A stretch of 64,000 nucleotides of DNA from Agriterribacter sp. (GTDB taxonomy: Bacteria; Bacteroidota; Bacteroidia; Chitinophagales; Chitinophagaceae). The position numbers were made by a program, and so were the translations under genes. The notes under the pieces were generated by a model. It did no database searches and was not told the origin of the DNA. It worked only from the letters and a program-made list of their open reading frames with translations. Positions 39,912 through 49,808 of this stretch are shown here, one piece after another (within the stretch, counting starts at the first letter, position 1; every line of letters starts with the position of its first letter). The DNA lies in NCBI GenBank assembly GCA_047601545.1, contig JASGIZ010000002.1, positions 1,838,656 through 1,902,655 on the forward strand, given 5' to 3'.

Positions 39912-41312
39912 CTACTGATCCCACCAGAGATGGTCAGTTAACTGAACATCAGGAATATTATCTCCGTTTCTTGATGTCTCGTTATTAGGATAATTCATTC
40001 TCCTGATAAAAGTGCTGAGCATTGCGCCAACGGGCAATGTAAAGTCCGTATACTCATAATCTGTCCTGCGGAGATCGTCCCATGTAACCGGGCTTAAAAA
40101 ACAGGCTATATATTTTTCTTTCATAATCAACTGAAGTGTAATATTATCGGCGCCCACGCTTACAATGGGATCATTAATATATGCATCAGAAGCAGCGACT
40201 CCCATTTTATCCATATTGGCTTTTATTCCGGCAAGGTATGCATTATATGCCTTTAGTTTTTCCCCGCTGCGAAAATAGGCTTCAGCTTCTATAAATTTTG
40301 TCTCCGCATATGTAATAACCAGGAGAGGTGAGTTTTCACTTGAATACCATTTGTTTGAAACAAGGTAACATTCTTCATGATCTATGCCGCTGCCAATGCG
40401 TCCTTTGCCATTTATAGTTCCTCTATAGTCTCCATATTTCGTTTTGTCGGTAATTAAAGGAAGGCGTGGATCAAGAAGACCAAACGTATTGCCATTTGCG
40501 GCGTCCACAAAATGTGTGGATAAAAAGCCATCTAAGTTGAGTCCCTCATTATCAAGCGCTACACTGCACCAGGGATTTCTTACTTCGAAAGCTGTTATTT
40601 GCGCATCATCGCCATTACCTGTATATGATTTGGAAAGCTCATTTAATATATCTGTTGCATTATACCCGGAAGTTTTACTAAGCTGGTTCAGCATACGCGC
40701 TTTTAATGCATGCGCTGTTTTTACCCATGCAGAGGCTGATCCCGCATGAATAAAATCACTTGCTTCATCAAGCTGATCTTCTGCATCAGGAGATTCCAAA
40801 AGTGCAATACCGGTATTCAGCAAATTCAAACAGGTATCCATTAATGCCTCCTGGTTGTCAAGCTTTGGGTAAAGATTATCAACCCCGAGAAACGCTTCTG
40901 AATATGGAATATCTCCCCAAAGATTAGAAGCCATATTAATGTGCAAAGCCATTAATACGTCTGCCACACCTATATATGCAGTCAGCCCTTTTTCCGCAGC
41001 AAACTTCTTCATGTCGAAAAGGTCTGTCATAACATCATAATAACTTTCATACGTGTCGTCTGCATTGAGAAAGTCATAAATATCAGCCGCGCTATTCGCA
41101 TTGGGAGATGCGAGGTACTGAGCATAATAAGAAGTAATATTACTGGTATTGAAAACATTATCGGAGGTACGATACGTTGTATTGGCCAGCAATCCATTTA
41201 TCGGGGGTTCTGAACCTGCATTTGGATTCTGGTTTATATCGAGATACTTTTCGCAACTGAATAGTATGAATGATATCGTAATCGTGATTGAATATAAGAC
41301 TATCTTTTTCAT
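39912..41312 (-). CDS. SusD/RagB family outer-membrane lipoprotein
   Basis: Lipobox FSC, NLWGDIPYSEA, TWDDLRRT, IRRMNYP, LWWDQ. Confidence 0.93.
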   Translation of the reverse strand: MKKIVLYSITITISFILFSCEKYLDINQNPNAGSEPPINGLLANTTYRTSDNVFNTSNITSYYAQYLASPNANSAADIYDFLNADDTYESYYDVMTDLFDMKKFAAEKGLTAYIGVADVLMALHINMASNLWGDIPYSEAFLGVDNLYPKLDNQEALMDTCLNLLNTGIALLESPDAEDQLDEASDFIHAGSASAWVKTAHALKARMLNQLSKTSGYNATDILNELSKSYTGNGDDAQITAFEVRNPWCSVALDNEGLNLDGFLSTHFVDAANGNTFGLLDPRLPLITDKTKYGDYRGTINGKGRIGSGIDHEECYLVSNKWYSSENSPLLVITYAETKFIEAEAYFRSGEKLKAYNAYLAGIKANMDKMGVAASDAYINDPIVSVGADNITLQLIMKEKYIACFLSPVTWDDLRRTDYEYTDFTLPVGAMLSTFIRRMNYPNNETSRNGDNIPDVQLTDHLWWDQ

Positions 41313-41324
41313 AGCATTTTGTAT

Positions 41325-44300
41325 TTATAAGCCAACATTTAATGTGAACATGAAACTGCGGATGGCAGGATAACTAAAGCCTGCAAATCCATTTGCGTTG
41401 CTGCCGGCAGGGGTAGAACTTGATTCAGGATCAAACCCTTTGTATTTAGTAAATAATAAAAGGTTATTGCCGGTAAATGCAAGACTTATATTTTTTATAA
41501 ATGAGTTACTTAATATTTCTCCGGGGATCCGATATGATAATGTTGCCGTGCGAAGCCTTACCCAGGAAGCATCTTCAATAAAGTTTTCGGAAATGCCCCT
41601 GTAAACAGCGCGGTAATAACCGGCAGACCCATAGTTAACGCCATCCGGGCCAACGCCCTGCCCCAGCCAAACAGGCTTTGTATTCTTTGTGCCATCGGCA
41701 AGCACGCCATCAAATACAATGGTTTCCTCACGGTTTGCAGTAATGGCAGATTCTCCGAATGAAGCAAGAAAATTAGTGAACTGGTCATATTTTTGCAGTC
41801 CCTGTCTGAAATCCCAAAGGAAATAAAGGTTCCAGTTTTTGTACGAAAAATTATTGCCAATGCTACCAATCCATTTGGGGTAGGCATTGCCCAGAACACG
41901 CTGTGTAGAGGTAGGCGTTAATACGGGAAACCCATTTGCGCCAATCAGGATAGGAAGGCTTTTATCAGAGTATAAAGGATCCTTATCATCTCCATAACGC
42001 GTCCAGGGTGTTCCATAGATATCTCCTGCTGATTGCCCGGGAACATATTTCATGGTAACAGATGAGTTAGAGTATCCATATTGAGAACCTATAACAATCT
42101 CCGTAAGCCCGGGTGCTAATGATACCACCTTATTTTTGTTTGTTGAATAGTTAATTGTAATATCCCAGTTAAAATCTTTTCTTTTAACCGGAGTGCCTCT
42201 TAAAGTGAGTTCAACACCTTTATTTTCAATTTCGCCTGCATTCAATGTAACGGTTGTAAACCCTGTTGAGGGTGTAACGGATACAGGCAATATCTGATCC
42301 CGGCTATTGGATTTGTACCAGGTGAAATTAGCTCCTAACCTGTCACTGAAAAAAGAAAGATCCGTACCAATTTCAAATGTGGTTGTGCGCTCAGGTTTCA
42401 GGGCGGCGATACCCGCTTTTTCGGATCTTGACCACCCTATCACACTGTTAACAGGTCTGTCGAACGAGGGGGCGTATACAACGCTTGTACTGTATGGAGC
42501 GGCATCTTTACCAATTCCGCCAAAGATGCCCTGAGTTTACCATAATCTATCCAAACGGGAAGCGACCTAATATGTTGCGTGAAAAGGTAACTTAAACTCG
42601 CCGAAGGATAAAAAAATGACCGGTTGTCTTTCTCCAAAGTCGAAGTCCAGTCATTTCTGCCTGTTAAAGAGAGATACAGGAATTTGTCATAGCCCAGGGT
42701 AAGATCTCCGTACAGCCCAACAATTCTATACATCTCTTTATACTGGGCTATGGAAACCTGTTTGGCATTACTTAATGAAAAAAGATTGTATACATCCAAC
42801 TCATCGCCTTCTGCGCTTACCCTGTTTAAACTCCTGTCAAGTAAATCATTACCAACCCTGAGCGTTGTTTGAAATTTATCTCCCCAGGTATGATCAAAGG
42901 TCAACGCAAGGTTAGAGTTTATCTGCCTGTAATTAAGCCTGTATTCATGAACAAATCCCAATTCATTGTCTTCCGCCTGTATTTCATCCGGTACCCCTTT
43001 AAGGCCCGGAGCTGTTGCAGTTCTTGCATCAATATATTGGTCCAGCCCCAGCATATAGGTGGCCGTAAGCCATTTTACCGGGTTGTAATTAAAATTTATA
43101 TTCCCGATTACACGGTTTACATCAGACTTAAATTTATTGGTTGCTGCATAATATACGGGGTTGCCATTGCCATAGGTTTTTTGTGTGCCATCCGGTTTAA
43201 TATAATCTTTAACATCCCACCTGGGCGCCCAATAAATTAATTCTTCATTATAGCGGTCTGCGTCATAAAAGTTACCATATGAATTGGTGTAGTATAATGA
43301 GGTACCCATTCTAAATTTATCACTAAACTTTAATTGCCCGTTTACCTTGGCATTTATGCTTTGATAATAGGTGAATGGGATCGTTCCGTTTTGGCGCATG
43401 TAGGAAAGTGAAGAGGAAAAAACAGCTTTATCATTTCCTCCTGAAAAACTTATGCTGTTTTTGTATTGATGTCCTTTATCATAAGCTCTTTTCCAGTTAT
43501 TCCACAATTGCTTCGGGTGATTAGGGTCAATCTGTCGTGCTTTTTCTACGGTTGGTCCCCAGGCAGGCCAAAAACTTGTAGAATCATAAACAAATGCGGT
43601 TCCCTGGGTATATTTAAGCTGCAGATCCGGGATCTTATTTACTTCATCCACACTGTAAGTAGAAGAAACATTTACGCTCAGCCTGCCTGCCTGCCCGGAT
43701 TTAGTAGTAATAACAACCACGCCATTCGCTCCTCTCAGCCCATACAATGCCGTGGCCGCACCACCACGTAATATATTTACTGATTCGATATCAGCAGGGT
43801 TAATATCAGAAATGCGGTTGGGCATTTGTACACCGCGATTGCCGGTGGTGCCGGTGGTAAATGTACTGTTGTCAACCGGCATCCCGTCAATTACAAAAAG
43901 AGGCTGATTGTCTTTATCGGGATTCAATGAATTAATTCCGCGGATGAGTATGTTTGCTCCCTGCCCTGGTCCACCTCCAACACTTGAAATGGTAACACCC
44001 GCAACTTTACCCTGCAGTGCATTTAACAAATTTGACTGTCTTGACTGGTTGATCTGTTCGGCAGAAACCTGCTGGGAAGCATAACCCAGTGTTTTTGCGG
44101 CTCTTTTTATACCCATGGCTGTCACTACAACTTCATTAAGGGAATTATCTGCCTGCTGCATCTGGAAATTAGCTTCACTCTGCTCGTTGTCTCTGATTAC
44201 AATTTCTGCTGTAGTCGTTTTAAGCCCGATTGCTGAAATCTTCAATGTATATTTTCCCGGCTTTAGGTCGTTAATTATAAACTCCCCATTGCTGTTTGCT

Positions 44301-44884
44301 GAATAGCCTTTTCCGGATCCTACCAATTCGATGGTTGCATTTGGAACAGGCTCCCCGTCAGAAGTAGTGATACGTCCTTTTATTCCCCCGTCTGCCTGTA
44401 TCATATCCTGTTTCTGTATGCCGGGAAGTTCAGCCGCAGGTTTGATTTTCTTTATGAGAATGTTGGAATTTACCACATCGTATTGTAAATCCGTATTATC
44501 AAGGATATCAGACAATACCTTATCAAGTCCTTCCAGCGAAGCGCTGTAGCTGATACGATTGTAGGGACTTACATCACTGGTTTTGTAAGAAAACGATAAA
44601 CGGCTTAAAGATTCGATCTTCCTGATGGCTGTTTTAAGCGATACATTTTTAAGCTCCAGCGAAATTTTGATCTTGCTCAGGTCCTGACCTGATGTATTGC
44701 CGGCGATTAAAACGCCATTGATTGTTAATAGTAAAACAAGGATCATTATTCTCATAAGTATTATTCTCATTTTTATACCCCTCACCGGCTGGAGGCGGAA
44801 ACGAAGTATTGCAATGCATAAGGGTAATATACCATGCATTTTCCAATAAAAACTCATAATTTTGGTTGGTTTAAATAATTTCAA
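41325..44884 (-). pseudogene. SusC/RagA TonB-dependent transporter with N-terminal STN domain, split by a 1-bp frameshift near 42517
   Basis: Track ORFs 42440-44884 and 41325-42443 join as YGKLRASLA[G]IGKDAAPYSTSVVYAPSFDRPVNSVIGWSRS if one G is restored. PLFVIDG and GANGVVVITTK plug motifs; ends NVGL. May be a sequencing error. Confidence 0.85.
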
Positions 44885-44908
44885 AACAAGATTTACTTTA
44901 AACTTCCG

Positions 44909-44943
44909 ACCACGCCAGGTTGCAACTGGTTCGGTCTTTTTTA
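44909..44943 (+). terminator. Hairpin plus T-tract oriented antisense to the FecR-susC mRNA
   Basis: GACC...CCAG-GTTGCAA-CTGG...GGTC then TTTTTT on plus strand. Confidence 0.55.
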
Positions 44944-44984
44944 TATTGCAATGGTGGCGACATAAATGAACACTTCTTTTTTAT

Positions 44985-45986
44985 TTATTTAATATGATAT
45001 ATACCATCTTCACGTAACAGTGTTCTATCCGTGAGCCTGCACAATACTTCTAACGCTTTCTCAATTCCCTGGTCACGTTTAAAAGACGTTGAAACACGCA
45101 ATGTTTCTACCCCGCCAACATCCACTATCACTTTTTCATTATATACCCGTTCAAGATCAAGGAGTATATCTCCTATCATATAATCATCGTATATTAATTT
45201 GCCTTCCTGCCATGCCGATGCTTCAGTTTCCTTTACCTGTGTTTCACTTACCAGTTTTGCTTTTGGGGTAATGCTCACCTGCTGCCCAACGGTTAGCAAA
45301 GCAACCTGTCTCTGCGCATAATTCACTTTTACTTTTCCCCGCTTAACCGATACGGTTATTTTTTCCATATCGGGATAGGCTTTGATGTTAAAAGCCGTGC
45401 CCAACACTTCTGTACTCACTTCACCTGTATGTATTATAAAAGGAATTTTATCCGCATGCTTCACATCAAAAAAAGCTTCACCAACCAGCTTTACTTCCCT
45501 TTTATTATTGCCGAACTTTTCCGGAAATTCCAGCTCGCTTGCTGCATTCAACCAAACCTCTGTGCTATCCGGCAGCATAAGATGCCTGTATTGTGATTTC
45601 TCTGTTGCCTGTTTAATGCCTGATTTTGCTATTTCAACAGGGCGGTTTTCCGGATACCCGTTATTTTTATTCCACAACATAAGCATTACAATAATGGCGC
45701 AACAGGCCGCCGCACTGTACCATATTAAATGCCGGCCGCCGCGTGTATGCCCGTCCGTTAGTTGGGGGTGATTTTGCAAAATCGTTTCTATTTCGCCATT
45801 GCCGTTAACAAATACATTGGCTTTTTCAGCATCATTACGCTCTTTTTCAAATGTTGTATCTAACAGGATACGGATTTCATTATCTGATTCAGCCATTTTA
45901 ATAAACAGGAATACTTCTTCAAATTCCTCTTTTGAGCAGGTATTGTTCAAAAATTTTTTAAATAAGTATTGTATTCTTTCCTGCAT
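44985..45986 (-). CDS. FecR family anti-sigma factor
   Basis: MLPDSTEVWLNAASEL, REVKLVGEAFFDV, VLGTAFN, WQEGKLIY. Confidence 0.93.
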   Translation of the reverse strand: MQERIQYLFKKFLNNTCSKEEFEEVFLFIKMAESDNEIRILLDTTFEKERNDAEKANVFVNGNGEIETILQNHPQLTDGHTRGGRHLIWYSAAACCAIIVMLMLWNKNNGYPENRPVEIAKSGIKQATEKSQYRHLMLPDSTEVWLNAASELEFPEKFGNNKREVKLVGEAFFDVKHADKIPFIIHTGEVSTEVLGTAFNIKAYPDMEKITVSVKRGKVKVNYAQRQVALLTVGQQVSITPKAKLVSETQVKETEASAWQEGKLIYDDYMIGDILLDLERVYNEKVIVDVGGVETLRVSTSFKRDQGIEKALEVLCRLTDRTLLREDGIYHIK

Positions 45987-46086
45987 TGTAAATGGCTTAA
46001 ATATGGGCGTGGCAATCTTATATATAATACATGACGAAGCAACGAGGCGATGTTCCTAATCAGGCTGGAATTTTTTTAATAATATT

Positions 46087-46665
46087 TTAACTGAAAAGAT
46101 AAAACAATAGCAATCCCAAACCCAGGCTGCCTGATACAAATTGTTGGATAGAGCGTAAGGCAAGGGATAAATGATTTTTTACCGTGTGTTTTGATATAGA
46201 CAGTTTATCGGCAATTTGCTGGTAATTCAGCCCTTTATCGCGGTTAAGCGTGTATATTAATTTTCGCTGCGGCGGAAGAAGATTTACCGCCTGGTCAATG
46301 ATGAGCCTGCAATACTTTCCGTCTACCTGTTCTTCTGTATCGGAACTTGCCGGCCGCATGGCTTCCCATAGTTTATGCTTCAGCTTATTATCTGCAGCGG
46401 TTTTACGCAAAAAATCTATTAATTCATTTTTGGTAACCCGGTATAACCATGCTTCTATATTATTGATAGCGGAGAGCCGAGTTCTGTTTTCCCACAGTTT
46501 TAAAAATACATTTTGTACTACATCACCTGCTGTTTGAGGCGACTTTACCACTTTGAGCGCCATCTGGTACAATTCTGCCCGGTATTGATTGCAAATACGA
46601 CCAATAGCTACGCTGTATTGTTCATCAGTTCCCGAAATTGGTATGCAGGGGAAACTTTCTGTCAT
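46087..46665 (-). CDS. ECF RNA polymerase sigma-70 factor
   Basis: DVVQNVFLKLW, LPPQRKLIY, QIADKLSISKHTVKNHL. Confidence 0.93.
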   Translation of the reverse strand: MTESFPCIPISGTDEQYSVAIGRICNQYRAELYQMALKVVKSPQTAGDVVQNVFLKLWENRTRLSAINNIEAWLYRVTKNELIDFLRKTAADNKLKHKLWEAMRPASSDTEEQVDGKYCRLIIDQAVNLLPPQRKLIYTLNRDKGLNYQQIADKLSISKHTVKNHLSLALRSIQQFVSGSLGLGLLLFYLFS

Positions 46666-46800
46666 GTGGAATAAAGCAGTTGTTTATGCCTTAAAATTAG
46701 GAAAAATCAATAACAAATGCACAAATGTTTAAATTTTTATGAATAATCAGGGAGAAATGATAGATATTTTATATCCTGATATATGAGAAACTGTCGGCAT

Positions 46801-46933
46801 CAGAATGTTGAGAATGGAAGAATGGGCAGAATAGTTCATGATCAAAATTCAGTATCAGAATTTTTAGAATGGGAGAATGAGCAGAATAGTTCATGATCAA
46901 AATTCAGTAAATTGTATAATTCAGTAAATTCAG
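46801..46933. repeat. 55-bp tandem duplication with AGAATG and AATTCAG units, upstream of GxxExxY gene
   Basis: Units start at 46801 and 46856, sharing identical GCAGAATAGTTCATGATCAAAATTCAGTA. Confidence 0.8.
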
Positions 46934-47350
46934 ATGCTAACAATGAAAAAAGACGAACTCACCTACAACATCATAGGTTGCGCAATGAAAGTACACAACA
47001 AATTAGGGCCTGGCTTCCAGGAAGTGATTTATCAAAGATGTCTGGCAATTGAATTGGAAAGAATGCATATAGGTTTTGCCAGGGAAGAGGAACAGGTAAT
47101 ATATTATGACGATATTAAAGTTGGAACAAGAAGAGCCGACTTTGTAGTTGAGAATAAAGTAGTGGCGGAGATAAAAGCGGTAGTAAACTTAGAAGATGTT
47201 CACCTGGCACAGGCAAAAAATTATGTTGTTGCCTATGATTTCCCTCTTGGACTGCTTATTAATTTTGGCAGCAAAAGTTTACAGTACAAATTATTATTTA
47301 ACCCCAAATATCATTCAAAACCCAATTCTGAAAATTCCGGAATCCTGTAA
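46934..47350 (+). CDS. GxxExxY protein (PD-(D/E)XK-like nuclease family)
   Basis: GPGFQEVIY motif, RADFVVE, VVAEIK, GLLINFG. Confidence 0.92.
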   Translation: MLTMKKDELTYNIIGCAMKVHNKLGPGFQEVIYQRCLAIELERMHIGFAREEEQVIYYDDIKVGTRRADFVVENKVVAEIKAVVNLEDVHLAQAKNYVVAYDFPLGLLINFGSKSLQYKLLFNPKYHSKPNSENSGIL

Positions 47351-47383
47351 ATTATGATGCAGACAACTGAAAACCGGCTTGGT

Positions 47384-48472
47384 TTATAATACTTTTTTCA
47401 ATAGCTCACAGTATAATTGTATGCCCTGTTCTATTTCCTCCACAAAAATAAATTCATCCGCGGTATGGCTCCTGGCAGAATCGCCGGGGCCTATTTTAAG
47501 AGAAGTAAACGGGATAAGCGCTTTATCGGAAGTGGTTGGTGAGCCGTAATAAGTTCTTCCCAAATCAAGACCGGCTTTTACTATGGGATGATCGGGTGAT
47601 ATGGAAGAAGAACGCATTCTTAAACTCCTCGGTTGCGCATTACAGTTAGTATTGGCGTTAATAACATCAAGTATTTCTTCAAAAGTATATAATTCATTTA
47701 CTCTGATATCAACCACAAAAGAACAATGAGAGGGAACAACATTATGCGCTTTGTTTTCTGTGTTGATAACGGTAACGCTCATTTTAACCGGGCCCAGCAG
47801 GTCAGATACTTTGGGAAATGCAAATGAGCTGAACCACTGAATATCTTTTATGGCTTTATAAATAGCGTTCTCTCCTTCGTTGCGTGCGGCATGTCCGGCT
47901 TTACCGGTTGCGGTGCAATCAAGTACAAGCAATCCTTTTTCCGCAACTGCCATCTGCATTTGCGTGGGCTCGCCTACAATAGCAAAAGCCCAGTTTCTTT
48001 CCGAAGGATTAAACGCCGGTGTTTGAAATAATAATTCAACACCATCTTTTCCTGATATTTCTTCTTCAGCACTCGCTGCAAATACAATGTTATATGCAAG
48101 GTCAGGCTCATCGTAGAAATAAAGAAATGTTGCGGCCAGCGATACAAGACATCCGCCTGCATCATTACTCCCTAATCCGTATAACCTGCCATCTTTTTCA
48201 ATAGGCGTAAAAGGATCAAGCGTATAGCCTTTGTTAGGCTTTACTGTATCGTGGTGAGAGTTGAGTAGAATGGTGGGTTTGCCTTCATCAAAAAATTTAT
48301 TGGAGGCGTATACATTATTGCCAATGCGGAAATGCGGTATACCCTTTTTAGCAAAGAACAGGCACAATACACCCGCTGTTTGATCTTCTTCCTTACTGAA
48401 TGAAGGTATAGCGATCAATGCTTTCAGCAACTCAATGGCATCGGCTGTTAGTATAGCAAGGTCTTTATTCAT
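47384..48472 (-). CDS. argE: M20 family deacylase (ArgE-like; acyl-citrulline/ornithine deacylase)
   Basis: LNSHHDTV, GSNDAGG, AEEEISG, VGEPT, GHAA, RSHTADE; in arg cluster. Confidence 0.85.
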   Translation of the reverse strand: MNKDLAILTADAIELLKALIAIPSFSKEEDQTAGVLCLFFAKKGIPHFRIGNNVYASNKFFDEGKPTILLNSHHDTVKPNKGYTLDPFTPIEKDGRLYGLGSNDAGGCLVSLAATFLYFYDEPDLAYNIVFAASAEEEISGKDGVELLFQTPAFNPSERNWAFAIVGEPTQMQMAVAEKGLLVLDCTATGKAGHAARNEGENAIYKAIKDIQWFSSFAFPKVSDLLGPVKMSVTVINTENKAHNVVPSHCSFVVDIRVNELYTFEEILDVINANTNCNAQPRSLRMRSSSISPDHPIVKAGLDLGRTYYGSPTTSDKALIPFTSLKIGPGDSARSHTADEFIFVEEIEQGIQLYCELLKKVL

Positions 48473-49739
48473 TTACGATAGTTGTGCCGGCAGTGCCATT
48501 CATTAAAGAATATAGCACTTCAGCTTTGCCTATAATTACTTTTTTTACCCCACTGTTTAACGCGGCAAATGCGTTATCAAGTTTCGGTATCATACCGGCA
48601 AAAATTTTTCGTTCATCTTTCAGTTGTGCATAATACGCCGGGTTGATCTTACTGATAACGGTTTCATCATTATCCGCATCAAGCAGTACGCCGCTTTTTT
48701 CAAACGAATAGATCAGTGAAACATCATAATGTTTTGATAATGCTTTCGCGGTTTCCTGCGCAATGGTATCTGCATTGGTATTAAGCAATTGCCCGTTTTT
48801 ATCATGCGTGATGGGCGCTAATACTATGGTTGTTTTTTGTTGCAGTAATTGCTGAAGAAAATCAGCATTCACAGCATCCACATCGCCTGCAAAGCCATAG
48901 TCAATATTGTTTTTGCTGATGCGTTTGTGCGCCAGTATAGCATTACCGTCAGCGCCGCTTAGCCCGATAGCATTGCAGCCATTTGCCTGCAATTGCGCTA
49001 CAATATTTTTATTAATGTACCCGGCATACACCATTGTTACGATCTTTAGTGTCTCTGCGTCTGTAATCCTCCGGCCATCTACCATTTGCTGCTCAACGCC
49101 CATTTTTTCGGCAAGGCGGGTGGCGAGTTTGCCGCCGCCATGTACAAGTACAAATCCTCTATCCCCTGAAGGGGGATTTGTAAGTCCATTATTTTCTGCA
49201 GCAGCAAGTTGGGCAAATGATTGAAGGAAAGCCGATAGTTTTGCTTCGTCATTAATAATATTTCCACCAATCTTTACAACAAAAAGAGCTGGTTTTTCTT
49301 TTTTTGCCTGCTCACTTTTAATAGCGTCTATAGTTTTTGAAATAGTTGCCAATGTGGTTCCTAAATTTTGGATTATGTATTCGTTCTTGAATCTTATTAC
49401 ATGTAGTCCTAAACTTCTTAAATGTTCTTCCCTGATCTTGTCCTTCATTTTTACCTGCTCATCTTCATGTATTCCGCCATCAAGTTCTATAACAAGTTTA
49501 AGTGAATGACAATAGAAATCTGCAATATAGATAGCAATCGGGTGTTGTCTTCTGAATTTTACTTTCCATTCATTGATATGGATGTTTCTCCAAAGTAATT
49601 CTTCAGATGGAGTCATCCTGTTTCTTAATGCTTTTGCTCTTTCAAATATGAGGCTGTTCGCGCCATAAAACATGTTTTGTTTTTCGTTTTCATCAGTTAG
49701 CGGCGAATAAAATTGCTTATTTGCAAATTGTGTATTCAT
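48465..49739 (-). CDS. argB: DUF559 (Vsr-like very-short-patch endonuclease) fused in frame to acetylglutamate kinase
   Basis: Residues about 23-140: AKALRNRMTPSEELLW, KFRRQHPI, IADFYC, LVIELDGGIH, VIRFKNE. Then VVKIGGNII, LVHGGGK, LLNTNADTIA, GMIPKL. Confidence 0.9.
   Translation of the reverse strand: MNTQFANKQFYSPLTDENEKQNMFYGANSLIFERAKALRNRMTPSEELLWRNIHINEWKVKFRRQHPIAIYIADFYCHSLKLVIELDGGIHEDEQVKMKDKIREEHLRSLGLHVIRFKNEYIIQNLGTTLATISKTIDAIKSEQAKKEKPALFVVKIGGNIINDEAKLSAFLQSFAQLAAAENNGLTNPPSGDRGFVLVHGGGKLATRLAEKMGVEQQMVDGRRITDAETLKIVTMVYAGYINKNIVAQLQANGCNAIGLSGADGNAILAHKRISKNNIDYGFAGDVDAVNADFLQQLLQQKTTIVLAPITHDKNGQLLNTNADTIAQETAKALSKHYDVSLIYSFEKSGVLLDADNDETVISKINPAYYAQLKDERKIFAGMIPKLDNAFAALNSGVKKVIIGKAEVLYSLMNGTAGTTIVNE
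49155..49179. repeat. REP-like palindrome inside the argB reading frame
   Basis: CCTCT-ATCCCCTGAAGGGGGATT; encodes NPPSGDRG in an inserted loop. Confidence 0.7.
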
Positions 49740-49782
49740 ATTAGTTATTTTAACTGGTTAGCTAAATGTAAGAAAGGTGTAT

Positions 49783-49808
49783 CCATCCCCCTTCAGGGGT
49801 TAGGGGCT
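49783..49808. repeat. REP-like palindrome overlapping argF' stop
   Basis: CATCCCCCTTCAGGGGTTAGGGGCT. Confidence 0.75.

Noticed and set aside
42510-42525. Phase-variable slippage tract in susC
   Set aside because: The run is only 2-3 bases, too short for programmed slipped-strand switching.
46801-46909. 55-bp tandem repeat as a CRISPR array
   Set aside because: Only two adjacent units, no distinct spacers, no cas genes.
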